This document shows positions 1 through 38,244 of a stretch of DNA of 64,000 bases, piece by piece. A program made the position numbers and the translations under genes. Below the pieces are notes generated by a model, which saw only the letters and a program-made list of their open reading frames with translations, did not search any database and had not been told where the DNA came from. This stretch comes from the human T2T-CHM13v2.0 reference genome, Homo sapiens, in assembly GCF_009914755.1 (NCBI RefSeq), contig NC_060926.1, one strand, 5' to 3'. How positions within the stretch are numbered: position 1 is the first letter of the stretch; each line of letters starts with the position of its first letter.

Positions 1-257
<257 letters not shown>

Positions 258-397
258 CTATCTTGCTGTGAACTTGTCACTGTCCAGGTCTCCTATCTTG
301 GACTTCTGGGAGAAACACCCCGTCTTGCAGGAGAGCTGATTCAATAAGAAAGTTTTAGTCTTGCGGCTGTGAGGGAGCCACATCTCACAGCTCATCA

Positions 398-23595
<23,198 letters not shown>

Positions 23596-24827
23596 CCTCT
23601 CCCAAGGGCTCACCTGAAAGACATGCGTCATTAGCTGGGCACTGGCGGTAGCACCCCAGCCGGGGGTCTGGCTACCTTTATTTAACCCCACTGGATATAA
23701 GGTGCCTTCCAGCAAACAGAGGGGAAACTATACATCCTAAAAGAAAAGCAGACATGAAGCTGAAGCTGTACCCATGCCACTTGGGCTGACTCTGGGGCCT
23801 TCCCAGCCTCGCAGCCATGCCTGGGAGGGAGCCTGAGAGGAGGCTAGGAGCACACGGAGGGCCCAAGGTTAAACCCGAGGTTAGTGATTGTGTTTCTCGT
23901 GCTCAGAGGGTTTGGAGAAACCTAGCCTTACATGAGCTTTAAGTCTGGAGTCCTCCAGGCCAGTCCTGGCCTCTGGGCTCCAGGACTTAGGAGGACCCCT
24001 GGAGAGACTGCCAGGAATTAGATTCTGGTCTTTGCCCCTCTGGATGCTCTCCCAGCCCCAGCTTAGTGTTCTTCCCTCTCTCTGTTAAGAACAGGTTGTC
24101 CATCAAAGTGGACAAGTCCAATAACCTAACTTTACAGTTGAGATAGTGGGAGCCCAGAGAGGTTAAGTGATTTGCCCCAGGTCACACAGCTACTTAAGGG
24201 ATTGAAGGGATTGAGCATGGCTGCAGCTGTTCAGGTGTTCAGATACTTTTCACCAACTATTAATATTACACGAATGCATTCCCTTGAAGGAGGAGGTGGG
24301 TTTTTTTTTCTTTTTTTTTGCTTGTTTTTTCACTTTCTGAATGGAGACCTGTGTTTCTGACTCAAAGCAATTTTACTTGGTAGTCTGGGTATTAATTAGC
24401 CTGGCTCTACAAAGAGAGATAATGTGCTCTAGTGATCGCCTAAATTCCCCAGTGGCTGCACTCTGGTTCACTGTCCTCTTGCCACAACAAAACAGCAAGT
24501 ACTCTTCTAGATGCTGGGTTGTGTGAGGAACCTTCCAGAATCAACCACTGACACAGCCCAGAAGACCAGCTGGGCCATGGAACCCAAACTCCCTAAGACC
24601 TTTCACCCTCAGAATTCTCTCGTCCTTAGCAAGCTACCATTGGTCATGAAAACCAACTAATTCCCAATACCACACACAAAAACACCGTGACGAACATATG
24701 CCATGATGCACAGGAACCTTCCCTCCCTTCCTCCTTTTCTTTCTTTCTTTTGGAAAAGTCCTGCAACAGCCTAAAGGCATTAGGTAGAAATTAGCGAAAG
24801 ATTATTGGAAATAAATTAAGTTGGAGA

Positions 24828-25146
<319 letters not shown>

Positions 25147-25352
25147 AATTAAGTTGGAGAAGGAGGTGAGAGCTGTGTAAGTCAGCAGCCAGGGAACGGT
25201 GGAGAAGAGCAAAAGACCAAGGGCCCTGTCAGTGGGGACTGACATGGACAATCTTCTTTTCCAAATCCCCCAGGACTTAAGGGCTTCTTCACTGAGATTT
25301 CTGGAAAGAGAATGGTCCTTTAGGAGATGCACCCAATGCCAAGTACATATGT

Positions 25353-25471
25353 GTTTTTAACACATAAACCGTGGGGAAAACATTCAAACCATAGCAGCAT
25401 GGAAATGTCTCTTCCCATCCGAGGCAGACAAGGCTGCTGCTTAACTTGTGGAACTAATCAGTTAACTGGCT
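25353..25471 (+). repeat. 119-bp dispersed duplicate of 27415-27533
   Basis: Ungapped, 7 mismatches in 119 bp counted by hand. Confidence 0.93.
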
Positions 25472-27087
25472 GCTAGGGAGCTTCCAGTCTGCAGGCCTTC
25501 CAGAGATCCCTGGGGAGCACGCCTGTCCTGCCTCCCGAGTACAACAGCACATGCCCTCGCTCCCGTAGGAAGAGGGTGGGCAGAATCCTGGCAGGGCCTT
25601 AAGATGGTACGCTTGTTTATCATTGCAACAAATAAACACCCACAAAAAATCCAAAGGAACTTCAGTTTCCTGGAACACCAAGCAGGGCTGTAACACCTGT
25701 TGTTGGGTGAGAAAGAAATGATAGAGAAGAATGCCTCCGGGTGTATTTGTAAAGTTTCTAAATGCATGAAAGCAGGTCTGGAGCGATGCCTGCTGAACTT
25801 CCAGCAAAGATTTTTTTGGCAGTAACTGAAATCGGGTGGGGGTGACCAAGGACTGAGGGAGCATTCTGGGGAACATTCACTTTTTATTTTATGCAGGTCT
25901 GTATTGTCTGAGTGGTCTAGAAGAGAGAGTATGAATTCTGTGATAAAGGAAAAAGCGTGTGTCCCTGGCTGCTCTAAGAATAGGTGGGAGAAGGGGGTCC
26001 CAGGGGAGATCCCAGAGGACAGACCTGACTGGGGTCACTGGCAAAGCACAGCAGTGGTCCTGGGTCTTTCCTTGGGTCTCGGCTGTTGGCCCAGTCACCT
26101 TGGAGGTGTCTCACTTGGTGGAGACCTCCAGGTGGCTTTGGGGAAGGAAGAGTTCTGTTTCCAGACCCTCTTGATGAGGTTCAAAAACTGCCTTTTCCCA
26201 CACACTGCCTGCACTTCAGTGTTGCATTTACCGTTTGGAAAACACTAAATGGACTGAGGCAAGATTGAGGAGCCAGCCACCCCAGTGGTGAACTCGCTGG
26301 GTGTTTTCCTTCTAGCAACAGAGCAAGCTGGGGCAGGCAGCGACGGGAGATCGGGGTGGCGGGGAGGCAAGGGCGACCTGCAGCCCGTCAGGTGGGGGAG
26401 GGTTGGGTGCAAGCAAAGGCCTGAAGGGGAACTGATAGGAGCCTGTTCCCCCTCCCAGCAGCCCTGGACTTGGCTTCAGGATGGTGGGGTTAGCAGAGAT
26501 AGGTTTCCACTGAGTCTGTGGATAGGGCCAGAGGCTCTCAGCAGGGCTGGAGGCCTTCCAAGAACCATATGAATGGTTTCTAATTTAATTGACTTCTAAT
26601 TATAGCTGAGCCTCGGAGGGCTTCCCTGAATAACTGAGAAGGGCTGGGCCTGCCGCACCTTAGTGTCAACCAGGAGCACTTATCGAAAGGCGCAATTAAA
26701 ACGTTCCCAGGTAAACCCAAGCAGAGAGAAAAGAAAAATAGATACACAAAGCAGAACTAAAAGTCTGTGGCCTTAGATGTGTTTCATTATTGTTACCAAT
26801 TCTCTGAGAGGGTGAGTGGGGTCTGGGGGAGGGGAGCACAGGGCAGCCTGTGGTTTGGATCCCACTTCTCAGACTGCAGATACAGGCAGGAGGTGGGCCA
26901 CTGGGCGCTGGGGGGCTGACGGCTCCCAGTCGTGATCTCCTGTTTGTTTTACTTTGGGGATCCCCAATCTCCATCAGTGCCTGGCGATGCTGCTGGGGTA
27001 TGAGACCAAGGACCTGACTGACGTGGGGCTCCAGCCTCGTGCACACTGAGCTCCCATATTTGTGACAGTGATGGGGAGAGGGAGCAC

Positions 27088-27468
27088 CTGTCTTAGTCTG
27101 CTTTGTGCTGCTAGAACAGAATACCACGGACTGGCTAATGAACTGAAGTTTATTTGGGGTTCTGGTTCTGGGAAGTCCAAGAGCGACTGGCTGCATCCGG
27201 TGAGAGCCTTCTTTCCATGTCATAATATGGCAGAGGGCATCACATGGTGATAAGAGAGTGCAAGCAGGGCCAATTCACTGTTATAACCAGCCCACTCTCG
27301 AGATAACGAACCCACTCCCGCGATGATGACATTAAGTCATTCATGAGGGCAGAGCCTCACGACCTCATCACCTCCCCACCTTTCAAACCTGTTCACTGGG
27401 GATTAAGGGATTAAGTTTTTAACACATAAACTGTGGGGAAAACATTCAAACCAAAGCAGCGTGGAAAT
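27088..27468 (-). mobile_element. MaLR solo LTR (MLT1A/MSTD-like)
   Basis: tgtcttagtctgcttt...gaataccacggactgg...ggttctgggaagtccaag...cattcaaaccaaagca termini. Confidence 0.8.
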
Positions 27469-27894
27469 GTCTCTTCCCACCTGAGGCAGACAAGGCTGCT
27501 GCTTAACTTGTGGAACTAACCAGTTAATTGGCTAGTGATCCAGTTCAGGGGTTGTGAAGCCAGTCGCCACCCAGCAGGTTCTGTGAACACACTCTTTTGG
27601 AGTCAAGCGTCACCTGTTGGTTACCTAGTGCCTGTAGGCATTTCATGATATAAGAGACCGCATGACCAGGTAAGTCTAGAATATCTCAAATCTGGCGCTT
27701 TACGGAAAAGGTCTGCCACTCCTGCCTGAATTAACAGCTTCTCTTCCCCGACCTGCTCTCTCTTCCTCTGCCTTTGGCCCTTCCTTCCTCAATTCCCATC
27801 TAGAATGATGACACAGCTGTAATCACATCAGCTTATGACTACTGAGCTCAGACCCCAGCCAGGCACTACCATGGCTTAATCCTCACCATTGCCA

Positions 27895-28062
27895 CTTTGT
27901 TGCTCAAAGTGGGGCCCCTGGACCAGCAGCATTAGCATCAGCTGGGAGCTCATTAGAAATGCAGAATCTCAGCCCCGCCCAGACCTGCTGTCTGGGATCT
28001 GCTTTTCAACCAGATCTGCAGGTGGTCTGTGTGCACATTAAAGTTTGAGAAGCACTGGTCTA
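27895..28062. mobile_element. MER5A DNA transposon remnant
   Basis: ctcaaagtggggcccctggaccagcagcattagcatcagctgggagctcattagaaatgcagaatctcag...aagtttgagaagcactg. Confidence 0.85.
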
Positions 28063-29946
28063 GACGATCTCCTAGCAACATCTTGCTGAGGTGGGGAGAG
28101 AATGTTTAATGTTTAATTAATGTTTAATTCCTTCTGGGAGCCCAGGAAGAAAGCCTTGGCTGGGTCTCTCCCTCTTTAAGTTCTGGCCTTCTTCCAAAGA
28201 ACAAATGCCGTCATTAGCACCCCTTTTCACACACACACACACGCAGACTCTGCACTAGACACCGATTCCCTTAATCTTGTTAGAGTTCATTCATTTATTC
28301 AACAAAGAGCTGTGGAGCTGCTACTATGTGGCAATCTTATAGGCCCTAAGGACGGTGCCAGACAGATAGGGTCCCTGCTCTATTGGGCCTTTATCTGTCC
28401 AGGGAGCCAGACATGGAAGACATCATTATATACAAGTTTGGCCCCCTTTCCTAGCCGTCCTCCCCTAGACTCAGTCTCCTCTCTGAGCTGCTCGCCTCTT
28501 GGAATGGCCTTCACCCTTGGTGGTGTGGCTTTGACTGTCTATACTTGTCATCACGGCTGCCTCCAGAGCACAGACAGTGCCCACTGCAGGAAGAAGGTGG
28601 CCGTCCTCCCTACTGGTCACCACCTTTAGGAGAAGCAGAGTCACTGCCTCGGCTGGCAGATGGTCCAGCCTCCGGGACTTCCCATTCTTCCACCCAGTTG
28701 GGCCCCCCTTGACTGTGACGGTGCTACCTCTTCCAAAAGCTTCTCCCTGAAAGGGCCACACCTCATATCTGTGGGAAGCAGCTGAGGCCAGGTGGCTGTG
28801 GGAAGCCTTGGCAGGCCTGATGGTTCGGAGTTACCTTTTAAAGTCTGTAGGACGGATGTCCCTTTTGTCTGTGGCCCCTCCAGCGTGCTTACCTGGCCTG
28901 GCCCAGCAGGGCTTGCCACGCCTGGGTTGACCGCATCACGGACAGGGAGGGGAGAGGCTGTGGCTGGCCCACTCAGCTCCATGGGCACAAGCTCTTCCAT
29001 GGTGGGAGGCAAGGTGCTGGCAACTGCCTGTGTCTGGGAGGCAGCCACAGAGCTGGCTGCGGCTCCCTGCCCACCCAGCGCTACTCTCCTTCCCCGGCCT
29101 CCCACGCTCTCCTTCCTCCAGGAAGACCCAAGGGGAGGCTGCTGGTGGCCTCCTCCCCACACCCAGCAGGATTCAGTACTCCCCCGCCTCCCTGAAGCCC
29201 CCACTTCCCATCAACCCAGACAGACCTCCCTTCCCTGTAGGGAGCCCGCAAGGTCACCATCAGAGCAGCTGAAAACACTTCCATTTGATGTGATTTACAG
29301 CTCTGAATCTTCCCTGTCTCAGCTGAGTAGTGCTAATTAATATTAGATTGGGAGGAGAGGGATGCATTCTCTTTCCACTTCTGCTTTAGTCGGATCTGTT
29401 TCACCGGAGCAGGAGGAAAGCAGAGAAGGTAGCCTGGGAGTCCCTCCTGCCCCATGCAGCACTTAGTGTCCTGCTGGCCTTGCCAGCCTGAAGTCCTCAG
29501 TGATTTCTGACCCATTTCCATTTTGCACTGGGTCCCACAAATTAAATAGCCGGTCCTGTTCCCAGCCTCTCTGGCCAGGCAGGGGAGGCCCCCCACAGTG
29601 CTGTGCCGGGGAACAGACACGCAGAGCACAGGCCAAACGTCTTGGCAAGACCACAGGCACCGTCCTTCCCAAGGCTGGAGTGGAGGGTGACGCTGAAACA
29701 GAAGTGACTGGCAACAGAGCACACTGGCGGGCCCCAGAGTTTCAAACAGCATCACATGGGGGTTTATAAGCAGCCACTCTTCTTTATCACTGCACTGAAA
29801 ATCTTTCATTTGCAAACTCCCTGGTGAAGATTTCAGGGCTATGAGGGGCAAACTGACCTTTGGCAGCCCCTCAAAGGGGTGGGCTGTGTCCCTGCATTCT
29901 CTCAGGCCCTAAGTGTCTCAAGGGTGTTGCCCACCCCAAACATATG

Positions 29947-30363
29947 GGTGTGAGTGTGTGCATACACGTGAGTGTATGTGTATCTGTGAGCACCTATGTG
30001 TGAGTGTATGTATTGTATATGTGAGGATGTGTGTATGCATGTGTATATGTGAGTGTGTGCATAAGAGTATGTGTATGTGTATGAATGTATGCATGTGTAA
30101 GTGTAGGTGAGTGTATGTGTGTGAGTGTGTGAATGTTATGTGTGTGTGTATGCTTATGTGTAAGTGTATTTGTATATGAGTGTGTGTATATGTGTGTGAG
30201 TGTCTGTTTATGTTTGTGTGTGTATATGTGTATGTTTATATGTGTGAGTATAAGTGTATGTGATGTGTATGTGTGTGAGTGTATGTGTGTGTATGTGTGT
30301 GTGTATCTGTGTATGAGTGTATGCATATGAATGTATGTGTGTGAATGTATGTGTGTGTATGTG
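29947..30363 (+). repeat. Degenerate (TG/TA)n microsatellite, about 420 bp
   Basis: Interrupted gtgt/gtat/gagt dinucleotide run. Confidence 0.95.
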
Positions 30364-31313
30364 GCAAACCCAGACAGGCCCCATGCACAGTGGACCTGCG
30401 GGGAGAGGCACAGATGAGGGCAAACCAAATGGCCCTGAGCCCTCGGGTGGGGCCTTCCCAAAAGACGTGGACAGAGGTAGGTTTGAGTTGAAAGTTTAAA
30501 ATCCAAGTTCCCAAGTTTCCTTTGTTAATTTGAATTGAGATAATACTCAGAAAACAGATATTCTTGCACACGTAGAATAATAAATATAATGCATGAAACA
30601 CTTATTTACTTCTAGATTTTCTTTTGAAGGATCACTACTAATACAAATAAGCATGTCCAATTCTTCAGAACTCTCTGTGCATCACTGAATCTTCAGCAGA
30701 ACCCACAGAGGCAGGAAGAGCATGGAAAATCAGTATTTTGGACACATCTGTTCACATCTCATCTTTCTATTTGACTCAACTTTTTCCGCTAGTCTTTATT
30801 TTCCTACATATAAACCAGTGACGATGATAATTTCTGAAGTGCAGTAAACAGTCGTGGCCTAAAAACATTTCTGAACACCAACATGGTTATTGCTGCTTGT
30901 CAGACTAGGTTTGGGCTTCTCAGAATGCTAATTATGTTATGAAGCAGGTGTGTGTGCACTTGTACACAGAACTGGGGCTGGCGTCCCAAAGAGGAAGGAA
31001 GCTCTCTCTGCATTTCCCGCAGTTTGTGGTGCTCGGGTGCTCTGCACTCTTGGAGGATTGCTCACGAAAATAACGTGGCTTGCAAATATCCATGCAGAAG
31101 TTCAGAGGGAGAGCACTTATCCTCATCCCAATGTCCTGCTGTAAAGATATGTGTTCACAATTTCATTTCTGTTTCATTGAATGCCTCAGAGCTGAAAGGA
31201 TCTTGTCGAACTGACAAGCTTGGAGAAGTTTTGAAAAAAAAAATCCCTACTTTTTTGCCTTATCAAAATTGAGGGAAAGCATTTTCAGGGTGAAATCAGA
31301 AAAGTTATCATAA

Positions 31314-31653
<340 letters not shown>

Positions 31654-31730
31654 ACTCTAGGACTCTTATATAAGCATAGTAACATGAAGTTTTGTTGAAA
31701 CATGATAGGAGCCACTCTTCAGCACTTTAA

Positions 31731-32003
<273 letters not shown>

Positions 32004-33439
32004 TAGTGCAGAGTATGCGTATGTGAAAATGGGTGCTAATGACAGATTACCAGGTGGGGAGGTCAGGAGGACTGTCCCAAGTCCCAAGAAGAGATGATGG
32101 CTAAGAGTTAGCCAGGAATCACAATGGAAAAGTAGAGAGAGAGGGAACAGTGTGGGTGAGGGCTGGGAGGAGAACATGTCCCGTTAGGAAATGCAGTCAC
32201 ACTGTATCCCCTGTAAGGCCATTGCTATACCCTCTTCTCTCAGCAATAGATGAATGAGTTATTTGCTTAACTGCATTCTGATAAAACCAAGAACTCTTTC
32301 TTGTTTTCTGCCAATGGGCTACTGTGCTGGGTCCTCCCTCAGCTCTTGTCCTCATTTCTTTGCTCTCATCAGCTCAGAGATATTTGGAAAGCAATACTTT
32401 CAGCCTGCCCTGCCTCCCCCAGACCCAGCCATTCCTGTTGGATCTGGACTCCACTAGAGAACAGAAAGTTGGCACCTTAAAATATTTGTGGTGTGATGGA
32501 GACGAGGCCTCCTGCATGAACGTGTCTCAGTGACACTGATTCTGCTTCACAACAAAAGCAAAACAAGAACGTAATCCTTAATCATTGAAAGACACGCTAC
32601 TAGAATCCCAAGCTATGTCAGCCAGACAGAAGACATCAATTTGACTGAGACGATAGCCTCTAAGTTAAGGAAGTTGAAGAATATGAACCATTTATTGGCA
32701 CCAGGATCAATAGAGTCTAAAATAGCACAGAGCTGCCGCAGGCAATGACGTGAAGAGGCGGTAAAGATGACTGCCATTATTACGTGTCCCGAGGGCCTGC
32801 AGAGGGCTTGCTGCTCCTCTCAGGCTGGCTATTGTAGGTAATGCAGAAGGTGCCCACATGGGTGGTGGAGGCTGAGCCTCCCAGGATGGCTCGGATGGTC
32901 TGAAGGGGAAGGTGCAGGGAGGGAGGACGTATGGGGGCTGGCAAAGCACGTGTGGCTCCTCCATGGCCGAGCCGGCCCACGTGCCTCCTACTCTGCAGCC
33001 CTTGCCTCCCACTCCCCACCTCAGCTGCCCCTTTGAAGCCACTATGAGCCCAGGGAGTAGTGGGAATCTCAGTGCGTGGCCCATGTACTCTGGGCTCCCC
33101 TGGGCCATGCCTGAGCCCCAGATCGGGCGGAGGTGAGAGCAGCCAGGCTCTCCGCTCCTCCTCTGTATCAAGCATCCAGTGCCGTCGTCACACAATGTGA
33201 ATGTGGAGTCACGTGTAGAATAACAAAGAAGCAGCTTCTGAGCAAAGACCAAGCGCAATTACAACACGTCACACCACGCGATGACGTGGGTCTGAACGGG
33301 GCAGGCTTCCAGGGGCAACAGTGCAAAATGATGAGAGTGGTGTTCTCAGACTCTGCATGTTCCCCAAGAACCTACAAGTTGATGTCCTGATTAGTGGCAC
33401 AGATTTTTGTATTCTTATTGCTCAGATGATAGTTTTAAA

Positions 33440-33835
33440 ACTAATCACGTTTATTGAGTTGTAATTAACTTGCAATAAGCTTCACATTTTCCAGTTACAG
33501 GTGGGAGACTTTGATAACGTATATACACCCCCTGTGGCTTGATACAGAGCCCATCTCTTCCAGAGCATCTCTTGCGCCCTTGATCATCAATCTGCCCCAC
33601 GCTGGGCTGTCACCGGTCATCACTATAAATTTAAACCGATTTTGCCTGTTCTAGATCTTCATATACATGGAATCGGGCAGCTGGTTTCTTTCACTGAATA
33701 TAATACCTGTGATGCGTCTGCGTTGTGGGAATTAGGACTTTAGTCCTTTTTATTGCCGAATCGTATTCCACTGCATTCGTAAACCACAATGTTTCTCCAT
33801 TTGCCCATTCCATTTGTTTTTGCTAAGACTACATT
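33440..33835 (-). mobile_element. Old L1M (L1MB/ME-type) 3' fragment
   Basis: tttattgagttgtaattaac...ttttgcctgttctaga...tttttattgccgaatcgtattccactg. Confidence 0.65.
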
Positions 33836-36588
33836 TGCAAAATGGTTTTTGGTTGTTTTCTGGGCCTGGGCAGTCCTGACCTTGCTTTTGATGTCGGTGA
33901 CTCAAACGTGAGGCAGGTTCCCAAAGGGGCTGCCCCTGGCTTTTGTCTGAATCTGCTCTGGCCAGAGGAGAGTCCTGGTAGCTCACAGCCTTCCTCCCAG
34001 TCACCAGGGCAAGGCGGAGGCACTGAGCTTCCAAACAGCTTCCCCTGAGCTGTTCCCTTTGAGGGGCTTCCTGGCGACCCTTCCTGACCAGCTGGCAGCT
34101 GCCATGGGTAACTTACACTCAGCTCTGAGGGTCCTCTGCACCAGCTGGGGGCATGGCCAACAGGGAAGAGTAGAAGGAGAAGAAAAACGATCTCCTTGGC
34201 CCAGAGGCACCCAGGGACTAGTTCTCAACAAGTCACTTCCAAAAGATGGTGTCTTACAACAACCTGACTGCCATTATAAATAATCACCCTCAACCCAAGC
34301 CTTCTCTCCTAGGATGTGTATTATGCTCGCACACAGAATTGGCTCAGAGGAGAAGCAAACAGCCCATGTGTGAGGCCCTCACTACGCAAGGGCACTTCTG
34401 CCCTGGTCCCAGCAGCCTCTTCCCAGCCTCAGTGAACGTGTATGCCCAAGGAGGCCAGTGCCCGACAGCAGGTGGGAGCTTATCAGGTCACAGCTGACAA
34501 AGCTCTGCTGCACAGAGAGGCCTGTCCATGCCACGGTTCCCTGCTGGCTGGGGAAGGTGGCTGCCTTTCAGGTGCCCCTTGTGTGATGGAAACTCCACAG
34601 GTGCCTCAGAGAAAGTTCGCTGGGCTTCTTCCGGAACCTGTGTTTGGAAGTGGACCTGCAGGTGTGTGTGCTGGGGGCAGAGGCCCCATCTCTCAGCCTG
34701 CTGAGCATATTCGTGAAGGGCCTATCCAGCGCCAGACGTGTCACTAAACCTCCCCAGCATTGCAAGGGAGGCACTCACTACTCCCCACATAACACATGGA
34801 GTCAATGGCGGCTCAGAGAGGGTGAGCGACTTGCTAAGGTCACACAGACAGAGGTGGGAGAGCCGAGGCACAATGCCGGATCTACTCAACTTTCGACACT
34901 TCTACACAGCTTTGGGAACAGAGGTCTGGGAGCCAAGAGAAAGGCTGGCGATGGCTGGGGCTGAGGGGAGGAAGGGCTCCAAGCGAGTCAAGGGGCCTGG
35001 GCGTGGATGCATGGACTTGGTTTCATCCCACCCCTGTGGACCTGTGGCAGTTGGCAAGTTCCCGGGGAGGCCAGGTGAACCACGATGAACCACGGCGACG
35101 GCAGGGGCCAGCGTCCCCGTCTCCCTCCCGTTCTAGAAGACATAAATGGTGCCTTCATTTTGTGAGTCTGCGCTGAGTGAGGCCGTGAGGCGGGCGGTTC
35201 CGCCACCTGCTTTCCACGCCAGAGGCCTTTCAAGACGGCGGGAGCCCTGCGGTTCCAGCGCGTTCCTGTTCCCGCCTCTCCTTTTACCACGAAGCCAGCT
35301 TCGCTCCCAGGCACCACCCTGGCCATCTGGACTCTCACGAAGGTTCGTGCCCTGAGAACTTCAGGAGGAGGCGCGCTAAGAAAACTCAACAGCAGCAACA
35401 AAAACATTTTCAGGCTCCCAGTCTTTTAAGTTTGAGCGGGTAGGATTTTTGTTTGTTTGTTTGTTTTGAACGATTCAATAGATGGATTTTCTCCCTGCTC
35501 CTAATCCTGGGATTAGACCATGCCTTCCCGGCCCCTTCGCTGACGTGCAGGTAACCCGGCACAGATGGCGTTTCACCGGGCAGGTGACCCGCATGGTGCA
35601 GGGCTATAAATAACCATTACATGTCCCTTTCAGAGTGGGCTTTTTTTCCCTCCCTTACATTCGAGTCCCAGCATGAAGCAAAGAACTCATAAATTTGGAT
35701 CCTTCCTGTCAAACTCAGGGTCTTGTTCTACCGGTTTGAAAGAGAATTCGTTTCTTCGTCATTCTCTTTTCAAGTACAGTAACGGGAAGGCCTTGAGAAG
35801 GGCAAGCTCAGCAGAGGTACCTAGCTAGAGCACCTGAGACGGGTCTGCTCCGACTCCAAAGGGCTCTGCTGCACCCTGGGAGAAACAGAGGGGAGGCTTT
35901 CTATCCCTCAGAGCTTGGGGATCAGAGTAAAACCTTTCATTTCTGGCTCACCTCATTCTTTATATAGTTAAATTATGTATGAATGGGATACAGATTAAAC
36001 TGCAATCACACCGTATTCATCTCTCTACCCTGTGCCTTTTTTCCAAGGTGAAAGAGCTGATGTTACTACCGAAGCCCTGGACAAACTTTTTGAAAAAGAG
36101 ATTGCTGGGGCAGGTGGTGACTAGTCCGAATTATCCAGAACCAGTGTGACATGGGGCAGTCACCACGGGCTTGGGAGGACTCACTTCCGAGCACAACAGA
36201 ATGTCCAGAGCGAAGACTCCGCGTATTTTCCGTGGCCTGGTGTGTTGAGTAACAGCAGCCATCCTTTCTTGGCTCTTTCTTGGTGGCTGGTGTCTGCTCT
36301 CCAGTTTGGGGGAGATGAATCCATGGGGCTGAGCACCCCTCCTTTCTCCAGGATGCTCTGTGTTGCTCCGCAGCACACCTCAGGCTGGGGCAGAGGGCTG
36401 GATGCCAGCCCGGGGCTGAGCAGAGACTAGAATTCCTCTGAGCCTATAACCTTGCATACCATTTCCACCCACTGCACCTCAGTTACGTTGCTTCCAAAAC
36501 AGGGAGACAGGTTTTCCTGCTCACTCATTTCTCAGAGGGTAAACTGAGGTGAATGCATGTGGAAGTGTTTTGAATGTAAAAGGCTTGA

Positions 36589-37014
<426 letters not shown>

Positions 37015-38244
37015 TAAAATAGTTTGACTATGGCTGCGGCAACAATGGCCATGGAGCCAATGCTGTTGCCTCTAACCTCATGGGGCTGTTAATCTGGCTG
37101 TGGGTGAAGCAGGCTCTCCTGGATTGATAATGGGCTCCTTCACAAGCAGACCTGGCCCACATTCCTGCCCTCAGCAGACCTTACGAAGCCCTGCTGGGCT
37201 AAGTGCCAGGGTGGGGGATAGGGTGGGCAAAGGCAGCAAAACAAGGAGAGGCCCTGGGTCCTGGTGTCTGGGCCTGGGAGGGAGGGGCTGCAGCACCCCC
37301 ACCGTGCAGAGGAGGGAGCTGTGGCACAGAGCCGGTCCCAGACCTTCCTGAGGTCACAGAGTCAAGGGAGAAGGCTGAGCCAGAGAGCTGACCGCAGAGG
37401 CCAAGCTTCTAATCCCAGGCCAGGAGCTATGGTCGCCGCCACCTGCAGGTCCCAGAGGAACTGACGCCGGGGAGGTGCTTTGAGCCCTTTGACATGAGCA
37501 GAAGGCCTAGGGTGTCCCTGCTTGGATGTTTCCCGTGGTGCAAAGGGCAAGGTTTCAGTGATCACCGTATTATACCAGCCTGGTGATTTGAAAAAGTTGC
37601 CCCCTGCTGTCTGGCTTGCATTGTACAGTCTGGTGCTTTCTGCCCTTGAATGCGCAAAGGAGTTGTGACTATGTATGTGGGCGCTGCCTGTCCGTGAGGC
37701 AGCTCAGGAAGCTCGATCCTGTGTGGGGAGCAACAGCTATAGGGCACTCAGCCAAGCCCAGCTTGGGTGGGGGCGAGCTCCCCGTCCTGGGGCACTGTAT
37801 ATTCCAGGGGCCAATGGGATGCTATGCCACTGAGTCCAAGCATGTAATCTTTAAAGACATCTTTTATTAGGTGTTTCATTACACATTTCACTACTCCAGC
37901 AGTTCCAAGGCCATTTATTTATTTATCCCCATGCCAAGAGCCCCCAAGCAACGCCAAGGCATTTGGAACTAGAGTATGCTGGTACTAAAATAAAATTAAA
38001 ACCTGTTTTAAAGCCTTGAGACTTACTAATTTATTAAATTACTAAAAGGGGCAATGTCTCTGGGTCTTAAGAGGAGCCAGCAGAGGGCTGAACAGGATGG
38101 ATAAGCTGGGCTTGTTGGCACTGTCTGCATTTTAAATGCCAGCCACAAAGAACACCAGGAAAAAGGACTGGAAATGAAAGGAAAATAAAAATGCAGCTAA
38201 CTTTCTAAAAATTTGAGATCTATTTATTTCTAAATGCCATGGAT

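Noticed and set aside
29913-30601. His/Thr-rich and Cys/Val-rich ORFs
   Set aside because: Translation artefacts of the (TG/CA)n microsatellite.
32680-32800. Possible extra 5'UTR exon in intron 1
   Set aside because: A CAG acceptor is present but the polypyrimidine tract is weak and I could not find a convincing donor.
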